This document shows, in pieces, positions 25,506-39,096 of a DNA stretch of 64,000 bases (positions within the stretch are counted from its first letter, which is position 1; every line of letters begins with the position of its first letter). The stretch lies in contig ADNK01000697.1 of the NCBI GenBank assembly GCA_000320545.1, positions 1 to 64,000 of the forward strand, in the 5' to 3' direction. The DNA comes from Bigelowiella natans CCMP2755. Taxonomy: Eukaryota; Protista; Cercozoa. The position numbers and the translations under genes were made by a program. The notes beneath the pieces were generated by a model, which was not told the origin of the DNA, searched no databases, and worked only from the letters and a program-made list of their open reading frames with translations.

Positions 25506-26768
25506 TCGTGAGTCGTGTCGGCGTAGGCAAGTACTCACACACGGAAGAGTGTTTGCTTGCTGTGCAGATTGATGCTGCTATAAACGCAGGCAACAGCGGG
25601 GGTGAGTATCTCATCATCTTTCCAATCTCCTCAACCACCCATAGCAACCATCTATGCTTATTGTTCTTGACTACTATCGTGCTAATTATTTTCTTTCTTT
25701 GTGAATGACGTTGATGGCTCATTATATGCGCAATCAATGGCATAACGCACACCCCTGTATCTTCGTCGTCTGTTGTGTTCTAACAACGTACTTTTTGACT
25801 CCAAATGACGACAAAATTAAACAAAAAAGGCCCAGCGATAAAGCGCAATCGTGTCGTTGGTGTTGCGTTTGAGACGTTGGATGTAAGTAGAAAGAGGAAG
25901 AAGAAGAAGAAGAAGAAGAAAGAGAAGAAGGCATTGATAAGATCAGTCATTGAAACTCACCATCACTGTACTCATCGCTATCCTCTTTCACCTCCTCCTC
26001 CTCCTCCTCCTCCTCCTCCTCCTCCTCCCTTCTCTCTCCCTTCTCTCTTCCACCCTCTTTGTCGTCGTATGTTCTTGTATTAGGACGCCGAAAACATTGG
26101 CTACATTATTCCAACACCTGTTATCAACCACTTCCTGAACGACATAGCACAGAGCGGTACTTCATCTCCCCACAATCATCGAGCCATCATCAAACGACGA
26201 CGTATTACTAGTAGTATCATCGATTATGATCGTGAAGGATGTTGATAACAGGTAAGTATCTTGGGTTTTGTTCTCTTGGCATTCACTGGCAAACGATCGA
26301 AAATAGAGTAAGCTCATGATGATGATAGCGACACTAATCATGAGGGTGAGGATAATCATGATGCTTGCTTTTAAAACCTAATATAACCTATTTATATTGT
26401 AAATTCGAATTAGGGGATGATGTCAGCATTGAAGCTTTCACGAGCGCAATCTTCTTCTTCTTCTTCTTCTTCTTCTTCTTCACTGAGAAAGAAACAACGT
26501 ACAACAAAGGGAGAACAAATGAACAGTAAAAACGGTATTGCTACTACTATTACTACTACTACTACTACCACTACCACTACTACCAATACTACTACTACCA
26601 CTACTAGTATCACTACTACAGTAACGAGCCAAAGCATGATATCGATGATTTTTATAATCCTTTTGCATCATTGCTACTGCTGTAAATACATAGATTCGCT
26701 TTGAAGTGAGAATGTAATACATGCAGAGTCATAGATGCAGGAGAGTGGTGGAAGTTGTTATAGACTCT

Positions 26769-26806
<38 letters not shown>

Positions 26807-27257
26807 ACATCATCATTATTAAAAGCATTTTCATTACTCACTCTTCCCCCCCTCCCAATACATGTTCTGGCTGCTATTTCCTACGTACATGAAGGGGGTG
26901 ACGACGGTTGCAGTGGAAGAAGCCAAGGAATCTTAATCCGAAAAGTTGAACCTCTTACAGATACAGCAAAGGTGCTGCTGCTGCTGCTGTTGCTGCCTGT
27001 TGTCTAAATCATAGCAGAGTATGCTATATTTGAGAACGCTTATATATTTAGGGAGTAGTCCACAGCGAAGAATCACTACTAGCAGCTGATTTTCTATTGA
27101 TATATTCTTCATCAGGTGCTAAGATCTGGGGATGTTCTTATGAAATTTGATGGTCATACAATTGCTTCGGATGGTAATAATAATAATAGACTGGTGCGGA
27201 TACTGTGATTACATAGTCCTCATTAATGCTACCCACACTTATAATAATCCCGGCTAT

Positions 27258-27290
<33 letters not shown>

Positions 27291-27644
27291 CAAAATACAA
27301 CAAAATGGTATTGTTTACTACTAAAAGGCACGGTGGTCTTTCGTGGAGGAGAACGTGTATTGTTTAATTACCTTGTGACTTCAAAGTAGGAAGCAATAAA
27401 TCAATGATAATGATGATGAAGATGATGATGATGATGCTGATGCTGATGGAAATGACAGCTTACTGAGATTCATCATCATATTTTATATAATTTCTAGATA
27501 TGTGGGAGAGTCAGCAGAGGTGACTTTCGTTCGAGCCGGCAAGACGAAGAAGTACTCTTCCACGCTTGTCATTCTTACTGTTAATATTACATTATTAACA
27601 TCACACCACTACACATCATTTCCGTGTTCAAAATGGACTCTCTG

Positions 27645-27675
<31 letters not shown>

Positions 27676-28173
27676 GTTCATTATTCACGAATTTTATCGA
27701 TGTAACTCATTGCTGGTGATATCTATCTAGAGCGCATATAAAGCTGGGGAGGCCAAAGTGCCTTGTGCGGACACACATGTAGTCGAACATACATGCAGTT
27801 GTCGGAAAACAACACGTCAATGCATCAATATCCTATCATCATCATTCACATCCTCATCATCAGCATACATCATTCATAATTATGGCTACACTCCTCTCTC
27901 GCCATTCACTCCATAGAATTTATAACTCAATAATAATAATATAACATTAATATCTTTATTATTATTATTATTATTGTAATAATTGGAAAATAAATTTAGG
28001 TTCGATCGTTTGCCTTCATACTACATCTATGGGGGATTGGTTTTCACGCTGCTAAGTTACCCGTATCTCGAGAATGAATTCGGGAAAAAATGGTGAGTAG
28101 TAGTCGGTTAGTTATTATGCGCCAGTAGTCGCCATAGTTTCAACTTTCCTGCTGTACATGAATTACCACCCTC

Positions 28174-28207
<34 letters not shown>

Positions 28208-29058
28208 TCTTATGCTAGGGATAAAAAAGCACCCATAAAGCTCTGCGACTACGCGTTTTTCGGAATACCAAAGAAGGTGGGGGGAAAGGAAATAAGAGGG
28301 TTATGAGTTGATGGAAAAGAGGGAGAGTAGTCGGGTTGTAATAGGAGAGTTGTGAGCTGATCAATAATGGTAATGAGCAGCTCGTAGCTAAACTGATTAT
28401 TATCATCTTCATCGTTTCCTCCTCCTCCTCCTCCTCTTCCTCCTCCTCCTCAGGAATCTGAGCAGGTGGTAATTCTCAATCAGGTCTTAGTAACACTTTA
28501 ACAACAACCAAAGAGATTATTATTTCTCTTGTAGTATGGTGCATAGCTGGTGATCACTCACCATATATTTCGAGAGGAGTGGCACATACGTACTCATGAG
28601 AGAGAATATAACGGTGAGAAAGTGGGATGGGCAGAAAGAGAGAATGTTAAGGACGGCATTCAAAATTTGATCGATCGGTAATTGCATTAACAGGTGTTGA
28701 TATCAGATGTTAACATCGGTTATGAGTCGTTTACGAACATTAAAGTGCTTAAAGTCAATGATACTGAAATATTGAATCTAAGCCATCTCGTAACCGTGAT
28801 CACTGAAGCTGCAGTAGCAGCCAGCACAGAGTTTATAACAGTACACTTGGAGCAAGACCACCTCATTATCATCGACATCAACCAGGTCTACTACTCTCTA
28901 AGCTTCTCTCCCCCTCCCTTTTGCTCATTGAGAATAATAACACACATATCATGTATGTCGTACCAAAGGCTAGGGAGAAGCATGCTGAAATCCTTCGACA
29001 AAACAATATTCCCAGCGACATCTCAGATGATCTCAAAAAGCATGTCCAGACGGGATAA
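23352..29058 (+). CDS. Deg/HtrA trypsin-like serine protease with PDZ-like domains (DEG2/9/10-type)
   Basis: Catalytic triad: ILGNAHGV (~24585), [11 protein letters not shown] (~25120), [12 protein letters not shown] (~25570-25600). Also [76 protein letters not shown]. Stop at 29058; K/R-rich N-terminus. Confidence 0.92.
24127..24202. repeat. 40-bp intronic tandem duplication
   Basis: cttacgaaacatatagtttatgat(t/c)agaatggt at 24127 and 24167. Confidence 0.85.
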
Positions 29059-29229
29059 CGCAAATCTTGATGTTATGCATCTGAAATGCCTGGGCTTTTC
29101 ATGTATGTATGCTGTACGTAGTAGTTCCTTGCACACAGTATAACAGCTGTTTAGTTTCAGCGGGCTTTCCTCGAAGGATACATTTTTAGTGGCAAATTCG
29201 TTCATTATTGTTAGAGACACGTATATGTA

Positions 29230-29990
29230 TATATAGGAACTATGTATACGTTGTCTCTTACTATTACAGCTTATCAACGCACGATAAATGCATTCGATCG
29301 TGTGCGTAAGACTACCGCCATAGCATGCATGTACGCATTTGTGCATCCCAGTACATGCCATACAAGACGGATGTAATCAATTGCTAAATTTGATCAATAG
29401 TGATCCTCATATGTAGCTGTGATAATTAATTGTGCAAGCATACACGCAAAATGATAGACACTTGTCATGCAGTAATAATGTAATGTGTTTGGATGACCAT
29501 GCATTGAAAAAATTTAAACATTTAATTACATCTGTCTTATATGTGTCACATTACGCATGTCTATCATTAAAATGTGCACGTAATATGAAGCAGAAAATAT
29601 ATGCGCATGCGAGCCCTGCAAGTTCAGGTACGTATCATATTACGTTACTGATGATCACATAAAAAATGCATAAGCGCGCTGTAGCCGCTGTGCTTTGCAC
29701 AGCTACATTAGGATGACAATTGAAAAAATTTAAACTTTTCATTACATCCGTCTTATATATTAAAAATGCAGCTCTTTCATTACATCCGCCTCATTTGCGT
29801 AGCAGCAGCAGACTACACTTGCCACGTGTATATAGCGTAGCCGTCTCGCTGCGTTCGCTGCTATGATGTACACGCGAACACACACACACACACGCATATG
29901 TAACGATATTACATGCACTCGGGTCGAGAACCATACTCACGAAATAAGCGATATGCCATGCGTCGTTACGAATAAAATGTGACTATTACA
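29230..29990. repeat. Palindrome-rich island with internal direct and inverted repeats; shares a 21-mer with the island near 56.8 kb
   Basis: Related blocks start near 29492 and 29711. attacatccgtctt (29741-29754) is inverted at 29364-29377. cattaggatgacaattgaaaa occurs at 29706 and 56774. Confidence 0.65.
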
Positions 29991-30174
29991 TGCATCTTTT
30001 GATTCAGAATTAGAAATTCAGATAAATTTTCTCCATCTTAGGACTCCACTTGTATGTGATGGGCGGTGATAGTGTGAGAAAGGAGAGAGGGAAGAAGAAG
30101 GAGGAGTGTGTTCTTTAAAAAAGAAAACAAGGTTCGAGCCTAAGTATTGAGTTCATTGGTGTCACCATTGAGAA

Positions 30175-33100
30175 TTAACCATGTGCTGCTAATCGCTGCA
30201 GCTTGTACATCTCTTCCAGGCATTTCCCTTCGCATTCTCCACTAACTTTTCTTCGGTATGGGTTTTCAGCCACATGGCTTGCTAGACGGCATATTGCGGT
30301 GTCAATCGACTGCTTCCTCTTAGCTTCAAACATTGGGAATTTCGTGGCATTGTATGGCCTATTCTTCCACGCAAGGAGTTTCTCGTATTCCTTTTTATTG
30401 CTCATGAGCATGTTGATGTGGGCGGCCAGCTCCTTTGTACTTTTGAAGTCGCGTGTGTCGACGATGCAGTCCTCGCACGGCAAGTGAGACTTAATATATT
30501 TAGAGCCTCGGAACACAGGCACGGAACCAACAGCGAGCGCATGGAAAACTTTCTCGGTGACCCAGAAGTCCTTGTCCACTGACTCATGACAAAGAGTAAA
30601 CATGTAGGGTCGAATGTTGGCCATCTTATTAGCATGGAAAGCCATTGGACGGTTACCAAGCCCATCATCAGTCCATGGAATACGAGTCTTTGCATTGTTC
30701 CAGCATTGTCCGATGGAGTCCACAGACTTATTTCCCAATTCTTTGATGAATGATTCAGTCCAATTTGTACGATAGTTAAAGTGGCCCTGAGCACATCCAG
30801 CCTGCATCACGGCAACCTTCTTATCTTTATGTTCAAATGCGAGAGGCTTGATGCTGCGGAGGTTAGACTTAATCGATTTGCCTAAGTAGAACTGCGAGTA
30901 GAAGCTCATAGGAATGTCAGCGTTGAAGTCGGCCGACATCTCCAGGTCAATTCCCATCTCTTTCTTGAGCGTGGAGATAGGAGTTCGTTCATACGTAACA
31001 CCGTTTTCCACAGTGCACGTGGCCCACACCTGTCCCTTTGGCTTATCATTCTCATTAGGAATGTTCTCACCAGGGATACGTTCAGACCAGCCCTGCGACA
31101 CCAAAACAGCGTCCATTGACTCAATTAAAGGTCGGTGGCGAGAGGAGAACAAACGTATTGGTGTCCCACATCCATTGAATTGCAAATATGGTTCTGCTCG
31201 GAGCCCGAAAAAGTCCACTCCACATGGATCATCGTTGTAGAGAAGAATGTTAATGTTCTCTGGTTCGTTTACGACCTCGTCGGCAACAATATCCGAAAAC
31301 TGAGCGACAGGTTCCGAACTAAACGCCTTAGATTCCATGGTATAGATTCCTTTTGGAACGATCTCCTTCCCCTTTCCACGGCGAGGAGCTGCAGTGGATG
31401 AGTTGCAATGAGCTTCCATCGTCACTAGGCCTTTCACATTGTACGGTGTCGAGATGATGGTATGTGCTGCAATCTTTAATTCCTGGTTTTCAACAGCGGC
31501 AAAGTATTCGGTCGCAGGATACCAGAAAGGATCTCGAGGATTCTCAACAATGCCAAGCATGTTCTCAGAGGAAGAAGAGGATGATTGTAGGATGGGAAGA
31601 TCTTGTGGACAACGGCTGGCTGACCCACACAGTTTTACGGGATCAATCTTGCGGCTGTGCCATTCATCACCAAAGATAACGTGCCAACTCAACTCTAAGG
31701 ATTCACTGCGGTCGTATGAGGACAATTCCGATGTCGCACGTCTGGGGCAGAGAGATTCTGGTTTTACTAATTGTTTCTTTTCTGATGATGCTGCGCTAAG
31801 CTCTAAGAAGGAGGCTGCGGTACCATCCTTAGAATCCTGATATTATTCATTTGGAGCAAATACAGTAATATCAATGATTGCAATGGAGTGGAAACAATAC
31901 TATTTCATAAATCTAATTGAGTACTATTAATCCTAGAAAACCAGCACATTACGCCTCCTGACTACCAACATGAACTACGAACCTCTTGGCCAGAAGCAAA
32001 TTTGTAGAGCGAATCGTAGAGCTCGTAGGAACGCTGCATAATCCTGTCCCTCGTCACCATGAATTGGGCGCAGCATGTCGTAGACAGACCAGTTATGTCG
32101 CGGGGAAATGCGGGGAATTGATGCTTTTTCTTGATGGAGTTTGACCAAAGTGTTGAAGCATCGCAAAAGTCATCATGGGTCACCATTGGAAGCACGACGC
32201 CATTAAGAGATGCATAACTGTAAGCGTCAGGGTTGATTGTCCGTAACATCGCAACCAGATCCACTGAGTGTTTACTATCTCTTTTTCCACGAGTCATAAC
32301 TACGTGGTCCGGAAGATTCTCGTCGTAGTTGTCCAAAATGAATTTCAGGTAGCTCGAGGCTTCATTTCCTTGTTTTGTGACTACCGTGCTGGGATCCACG
32401 CCTCTGTCGAATCCCGAGCCCTTCTTTTCCATAACAATATAACATAATGGCTGCTCTCTAAGCCACGCGAGATCCTCTGTATCATGTGCTACAACGAGGA
32501 GCATTGTCTTTTGGCCCCGCATGTTTTTGGAAGGTGTTGCACCCGCCTTTCGTGATCGATATGCGACACATCGACGCGAGCAAACGTTAGTCTTCAGTAG
32601 CGCTTCCAATGCGTCGCGGGAATGCACTTGTGGTGGTGTGAACGGACAGTCTCCCCGGTGGTCATATGTCGTAGCTACATCAGTTGAGGAGCTGAATAGA
32701 CAAACATCAACACTTCAGCATAATTTCGGGTATATATTTATCGAGAATATAATTTCCCTTCCTGTCCCCCCCCCCATTTCCCTCCAAAGTATTATGTCAT
32801 TCGTATATTTACCCTGCTGATCCCAGAAGGTTTTGGGCCTTAGAGAGGTCATTGTTTGATGGCTTCTCTGCAACAATATTTCTTATGGCAACAAGAGGTA
32901 CAAACTCTTTGCAGTTTGATGTTTCGTCAGTCGCCGCTTTATTGTTGAGCTGGAGGTCCACCACATGGAGTCTGCGATCTGGTTGCATCAGCATATGGAA
33001 GTAGACGGCAAACTCCGATACGGCTGACCAGGATTTCACAAGCTTATTTCCCATGGAAAGTACCAAAGAGTCTACCAGCACTTCCCTCGACTTACGGTCC

Positions 33101-34152
33101 TTGTCAATCTCATCATCGAAGATCACATTGCCTTTCTCACGCATCACGTTGCGAGATACCATTGCAAAGCCATATTCAGTGCGCGTTTTCTCTAGGAATC
33201 CAGGGTCATCTGTTGCCAAGAATATTTGCGAATTTGGATTGGTCCGTAAGAAACTGTCGATCTCGCCATGGTAGCGGTCTGGTCCTACTTGTGGATTGAT
33301 CCATTTGTCAGTTCCTCTCATGTGAATTCCCATCACATTTCCTTGGCTGGAACTAAATCTTCGGCTATAAAATGACTGAGCTTCGTCGACTACGTCATCA
33401 TTCACTTCAAGATATTGTTCGAGAAGGGGTAAAGCGCGAGCGCGGTGGCACGTCGCCCACTGCTTTGTGCCTGCTTCACCTTGTAAGAGTGTGTTGTTCA
33501 ATCTATATGGATAGGAATGAATGGCGTCTTTGTTGTGGTGAATATTTTCGATGCTAAATTGAGAGAACTCCCAAACATCGTCTTCTGAAAGCTCGCTCTC
33601 ATCCACTTCAGAAATGGGCTTGAACCAACGTGTCCAGAAGTTTTCGGCGGCATCACCACCGCCACGTTTCTGGCATGAGTCGAAATAATGATGACTTTCG
33701 GGCATGTAGACAAATGGTTTTTTGTCACCGATAAGACCCATCTTCTCGGCAAAAAGGAGCTGGTTCATGACATACATGGGATATGAGAAGAATCCAGCAA
33801 CGTGGAACCAACCCTTCGCAGAGCGAATCCGAAGATGTTTTCCACGTAAAATTTTCTTCAGGTTTGCAAAGTTCTCGATTTCATTCGGAGATTTTATGTT
33901 GTCTGAGGATATTGTGTGTAGTTTGCGAACGATTTCGAACGAAGGGCACTTGCCAGAATCCTGACAAGATGACTTTATTGGCGCGCACGATGTAAGCGAA
34001 AGCAGTGAGGCTTCGTTTTCTTGGGCAGGCTTGACTCCCATCAGATCAATGTCCGCCTTATTGTCGAGCCCCATCGCCAGAAAAGGCAATAAGGACAGTA
34101 TGAAGCCCGACATCTTCAACCAGTAGCTTCTACATGATACAACGAAAACCAT
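30175..34152 (-). CDS. ~1236-aa secretory-pathway glycosyltransferase fusion: NodZ/GT23-like + DUF3431-like + GT10 alpha-1,3-fucosyltransferase-like
   Basis: Three long ORFs join in frame via GT-AG introns 32812-32692 (121 nt) and 31982-31837 (146 nt). Motifs: GIHMRGTDK / IFLATDD / DSLVLS..SWSAVSEFA; LVVAHDTEDLAWL / KQGNEASSYLKFILDNYDENLPD / LELSWHVIFG; VDSIGQC / YMFTLCHESVDKDFWVTEKVFHALAVGSVPVFRG / IVDTRDF. Hydrophobic N-terminus. Confidence 0.85.
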
Positions 34153-34289
34153 TATGCCAACCCCATAAAAAAATATATTGATAGCACGCTTTCAACAGTT
34201 CATTTTTTAGGCGGGCAATCAATAAAAATCATAACTAACTAGGTAACAAACTCCCTACTTGAGAGATACATTATGAAGTGGGCACTCAA

Positions 34290-34600
34290 TTATCGTAGGG
34301 AAAATCAAATCTCGAACAATCAAATGCACATCTATTCAATCTCATTTTAAACTAAATGAGTTGAATATTTGGCTCAATACAACACGGGGAGATGATGAAG
34401 GGGGGGCTATCCTAAATAAAAAGATACCTCCTTTGTATGGAGATGGCTCCGTCTTGTCTGGGTTATAGGCAATCACAATAACTCTTTTCAGACTTAAAAA
34501 TGAGTTGAAGAAGATTTTCATAATCATAATTTCACCCATATTAACAAATTTGCGTTGTCTTTTATTGAAACAGTCACCTTTTTAGACATTTTAGTTAAAT
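34290..34600 (-). pseudogene. Decayed ubiquitin-conjugating enzyme (E2/UBC)-like fragment in an AT-rich island
   Basis: In E2 order on the - strand: KDNANLLIW (34562-34536), SPYKGGIFLFRI (34443-34408), RFDFPYD-N-stop (34312-34292). The pieces are out of frame or lack canonical splice sites; no catalytic HPN..C seen. Confidence 0.45.
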
Positions 34601-35279
34601 CCATTTAAGTTGACAAATCCTGTAAGTTTCGGACTTGGTAACGAGAGAAATACATCATGAATTCCATTCCGACATAAAATATCATTTGAAGAAATATTCG
34701 TATCCAAATAAAGTACATTTATTCGATTTTCCATCTTTAATAACATATATTATACATAATTATAAACTAATTTTCGAAATTCCTTTTTACATCTAGGTTA
34801 AATAAATCTGAATAATTGCCTTACCACATGGTCGCAAATTATTCCAACTACAATGTGTCTCTGTTTAATGTAAAAAGTTACATTTTACTTATGAGACATA
34901 ATAAAAGTCATTTATAAATGTAGTAACAATGTGTGTTTTTGACATTACTATGATAATTTTACAAACCAATTTTTCTGAATTTTGTAGATTATATCATTTA
35001 AGACTTATATGTTAGCTTAAAAATCATTCAGGCTACTAAATTATTGCGATTAACTATTATCGTTACGATTTTTGCAATATTCAACACATCACACAAGCTT
35101 AAACATGAAGACTCAAGACTCAATCTGCTAATGCGTAATCTTAACGATGGTACGGGATGGTAAGAATGGCCTTTTTTCGCATGTCGTCGTGCAATTTCAT
35201 CCCACATTTCATGGGTTTTCAGAGCACCGGCTCACCGGATTTCGCTAGAAAATCCATGAAATTGTTTACATTTTAGCAG

Positions 35280-36780
35280 TGCGCCATGCGATATCTTGTC
35301 CACACTGAGGCAATTTTCGCGGTTACATGTTCGGCCCCTCGAGACGACTTGGTGCATGCTGGCATGCTCAGCTTGATCGATCTGAGCTGCAACTTCGCTG
35401 TGCATTCCTGCAGCAACTCCAATTCGAGTAGATGCTTGCGTCGCCGCCATGTTGCTGATAGTTGCATTCCTCAACAGTGACCAGAATGCCAATTTCAAAA
35501 TCCCACTGGTTTCACCAGTTGGGCCTCACTGGCTCACTGCCAGACTGAACCAGTGAAGCTAGCTGGCTTGTTCGAGGCACTGCGTTTCGTGCACTGCAAA
35601 TGTCGTGAAACACTTTGAAAGTGCAGTTCATCATCATTGTTTCATTGTTTCAAATGGAAACGATTCTTTCTTTCAAAACTTTGGAAATGCAGTTCTTCAT
35701 CACGTTTGTTTGTTGTTCGGAAACGTGGTCGATCACCGTGTTTCTTTCCTTCTTTCGTTCTCTGGTTCTTTCAAGTTCAGAAATGCCTGCTCTGATGACC
35801 CCATTCCAGCATTGCGCGATGGGTCACCTACCTAGCTACCTGTGCGATGGTGATGATGGCTAGATGGCTTGGATGGAGATGATGATGGACACGCAACGTC
35901 ACGCGATCACAATGAGCTAGTGAGGTTGAACGTCTGGACATGCACACGCGTGAACAGCACCGTCGTTTGTTTGTGGTGACGTGAGATGAGCTAGATGAGG
36001 GCCAGACGGGGCAGCAAAAAGGGAACGGCTAGACGGCGATTGCAAAATTGGAAGGGAAGGAAAAAAAAGAAAGGCAGACGGAGCAGACGCTCAATGATCC
36101 CCACGACCTAGCTAGCTAGCCATGCCAGCACGTTCATTGTTGTTTGTTGGGTTGTTGGCCGTCGACACCCAGCTGCTAAAGCTAGCTAGCTACCAGTCTG
36201 TGACGTGCTAGCGTCTAGAGCGTGTCTGAATGCAGTTGCACACATCGTGTTGTTGCAGCGTTCTAGCGTTGTTGCCTGCACCAATGACCTAGCAACCCAT
36301 GCACGTGTGCGCAAATGTCTGGCGGACGTTGGGACGCAAGTGAGATCATTGCTAGACCTCTAGCTAGCTAGGTCTGCACCCACACACACCTAGACACGTG
36401 CACACCACTGCTAGACTGGACCACACGTGCATCCATTGGATGCTGGATGCATGTGTGTCCAGCTAGCCAGGTGCACGTCTAGACGTACATCGATCCTCCA
36501 GATCCTCATCTCAACAAATTGGCTGTCATCATCATTGCTAGATTGTCCAACTCTGGAAATTGTCGGTCTGGACTGCAGAGGTCTAGGGGTGTTCATTGTT
36601 CATGCCAGTGTGTTCGGGAGAAATGAGCGCAACCGCGACGTTTCAAAATAAGGGCTACACACACTAGGGCATGCAAGCATGAGAGCTAGAGAGGTGGAAG
36701 GTCAGAACCAGAGAAGGTGAGTGTGAAAACTCGGTTACTGCCTGATCATGCAGCACGTACTACACACTGCACTGCCTGCG
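35280..36780. repeat. Palindrome-rich intergenic island downstream of the RGS-FHA gene
   Basis: Dense gctagctagc, ctagac, tgca, gcatgc words; no credible ORF. Confidence 0.5.
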
Positions 36781-36892
36781 CAAGCTCAAAACATGAAACT
36801 ACAAACAATTATTGCGTGTACTATGGCAAGATCAACTGGTAGAAGATAGTCATAGGTTGCTTAAGGAATAGATTTAGTCTTGTGCAGCGCTA

Positions 36893-39065
36893 TTACATTA
36901 TTACGAGTCCTCCTACAACGCGCTGGAAGAATGTCGCCTTAGCTTTTTTCCTGAGAAGAACAAAGATCGGAATATTTTATTAGACGTTTCTACTTGTATC
37001 TAATACCAGTGGCTATATGATATTGATGATACTCGTATAATGATGATACTGATGATAGTACAAAGTCTACTCGAAAATATTACTTATTGAACCAAATGAA
37101 TGAAATTAACCAATTCATATGATGCGATAATCGACATTAACAAATTATTTTCTATCTGATACGAAGACAGCAGTCATCACTACACATTTTCGTAGACCTT
37201 ACGCAAAATATGAGGACCGACATCCCAATCTCAACTAAATCGCCGGGTTTCAACTGAATAATTGCTCGCATTATTTTTTAATACAAGGCATTATTATTAT
37301 CACCATAGTTATTACATCACATCTTTTAGGATGAATGTGCTATATCTACCACACACCTTGGCCCTAAGAACAGGCTTACCATTCAGCTTTGAACCACACG
37401 AGGAACCCTGACAACAGCAATATGGCACCAAGCATTCAATAAAATGGGAAGGAGGAAGGTAGGACGTCAGAAAAAGAGAGAGATAGAGGAAGAGAGAGAT
37501 CATTGGCAATGATGCATGAAATTAGTAGTCCACTTAGTCAGAATTTCGGCATTATTATGAATTGAAACATCAAAGGTAGCCAACAAGACTCCCTCAGGAG
37601 GGTAAGCACGAGATTTGCTGCTGCTGCGAGCAAGCTACTCATCATCAACAACAACAACTACTACTACTACCACCAACACTTTTGTATTTATTATCCTGTT
37701 TGACCAAAGATTCGATGTACTCTGGTAGGAGCAATTAATACTGGTATATTGTTGTCGTTTACATATATCTATTACCAGATCGATATATTCACAGTGTGTT
37801 TCAGAGTATTCAACTCGTGCGTGGGAACGAGACACCTGGATAGGCATCATAGTGATCATCAGTATTTAATGGTTGTTGCTATGACTAATAGAGTCTACAG
37901 CAGTGTAATGCCACCCACCCGTGAGTCTTCTATGACGACGTAGTTGCTTTTGTCCCTTCCAATTGTAATCATGTTATTCCGTTTGGAAAGCCTAGTTGTC
38001 ATCGTAGTAAATTTAAACAACAAACTTCCCTATTCTCATCGTTTGTAAATAAGGGGATGCAAAATATATAAAAGATGGAAAAGGTCTGTGCGTGCGTGCG
38101 ATGAGAGTAACTATTAGCATTACATTACTTACTTTATCTCTACAGATCGCTTGGTGTTTTTAGCTCTTAACATAAAGCTCTGGCAAGTTTCTGTTGCAAT
38201 TACGAGAAACCAGTTGTAGCAAATGAAGGGTACTTAATCACCACCTCCATCACCACCACTACGAAATCTCTCAGATACTAAGAAGTGTTATAATCATTAT
38301 TATCATCACCTGGATCAAACTCCTTGACATTCCTCTGATCCGTTACGGTCTATGGTAGCAGCAGCAGTAGTAGTAGTAAAATGGATGGGTTACTTGTTGT
38401 TCAATTCACAACGTAGTAATGTACAACCAGTGAGTCAGTCGGTCAGTCACTGAATCAATCAAGCAATCACCTTGGAGTAAAGAGTGGATCTTAATTTCTC
38501 AAAATTCTTTGACTTCTTGAACTGGAGAAAGTCTTTTTCGACCAGAGGATATATCACTTCCTCCACCTTAGATAAGTATACATAACGACGGCGATAAGGT
38601 AATCTTAATCACAGTGATGATGATGGTGATGGTGGTGGTGGTGATGGTTGTGCAATTAGTAAGCACACCTCAAAGTAGTAGTACAAACATACAGATACCT
38701 TCCTAAACATGTCTCCGAATGGATACCCGAGATCAATCTAGATTATATATGAATGATGACACCAAATAGTGCAAGAAAAGAGAAATCATTGTTCCACCAA
38801 GTCGATGATTGAGATACTAAATAGCGATGATAATAACAGTTACTTGAAACAAAGTCATCTTTCACCGTCACAACGGTAATATATCATCACGTTTCATCTC
38901 TCAAATCATAATTACGTATATATCCCTTATGACGTCCTCATTGACGTGTGAAGAGAGTTTCTGCTCCGAATCCTCTGAGAGATACCTGATTATAATAGTA
39001 ACGAAAAATGAGCGTGAATATGGCATGGAATTTTATTTTTCTCCATCAGTCTAATTGAATGATTC

Positions 39066-39096
<31 letters not shown>

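Noticed and set aside
34380-34580. Nucleomorph origin of the E2 relic, suggested by AT richness and 19/21-nt GT...AG segments
   Set aside because: Removing those segments destroys the E2-like motifs or frame; no positive support.
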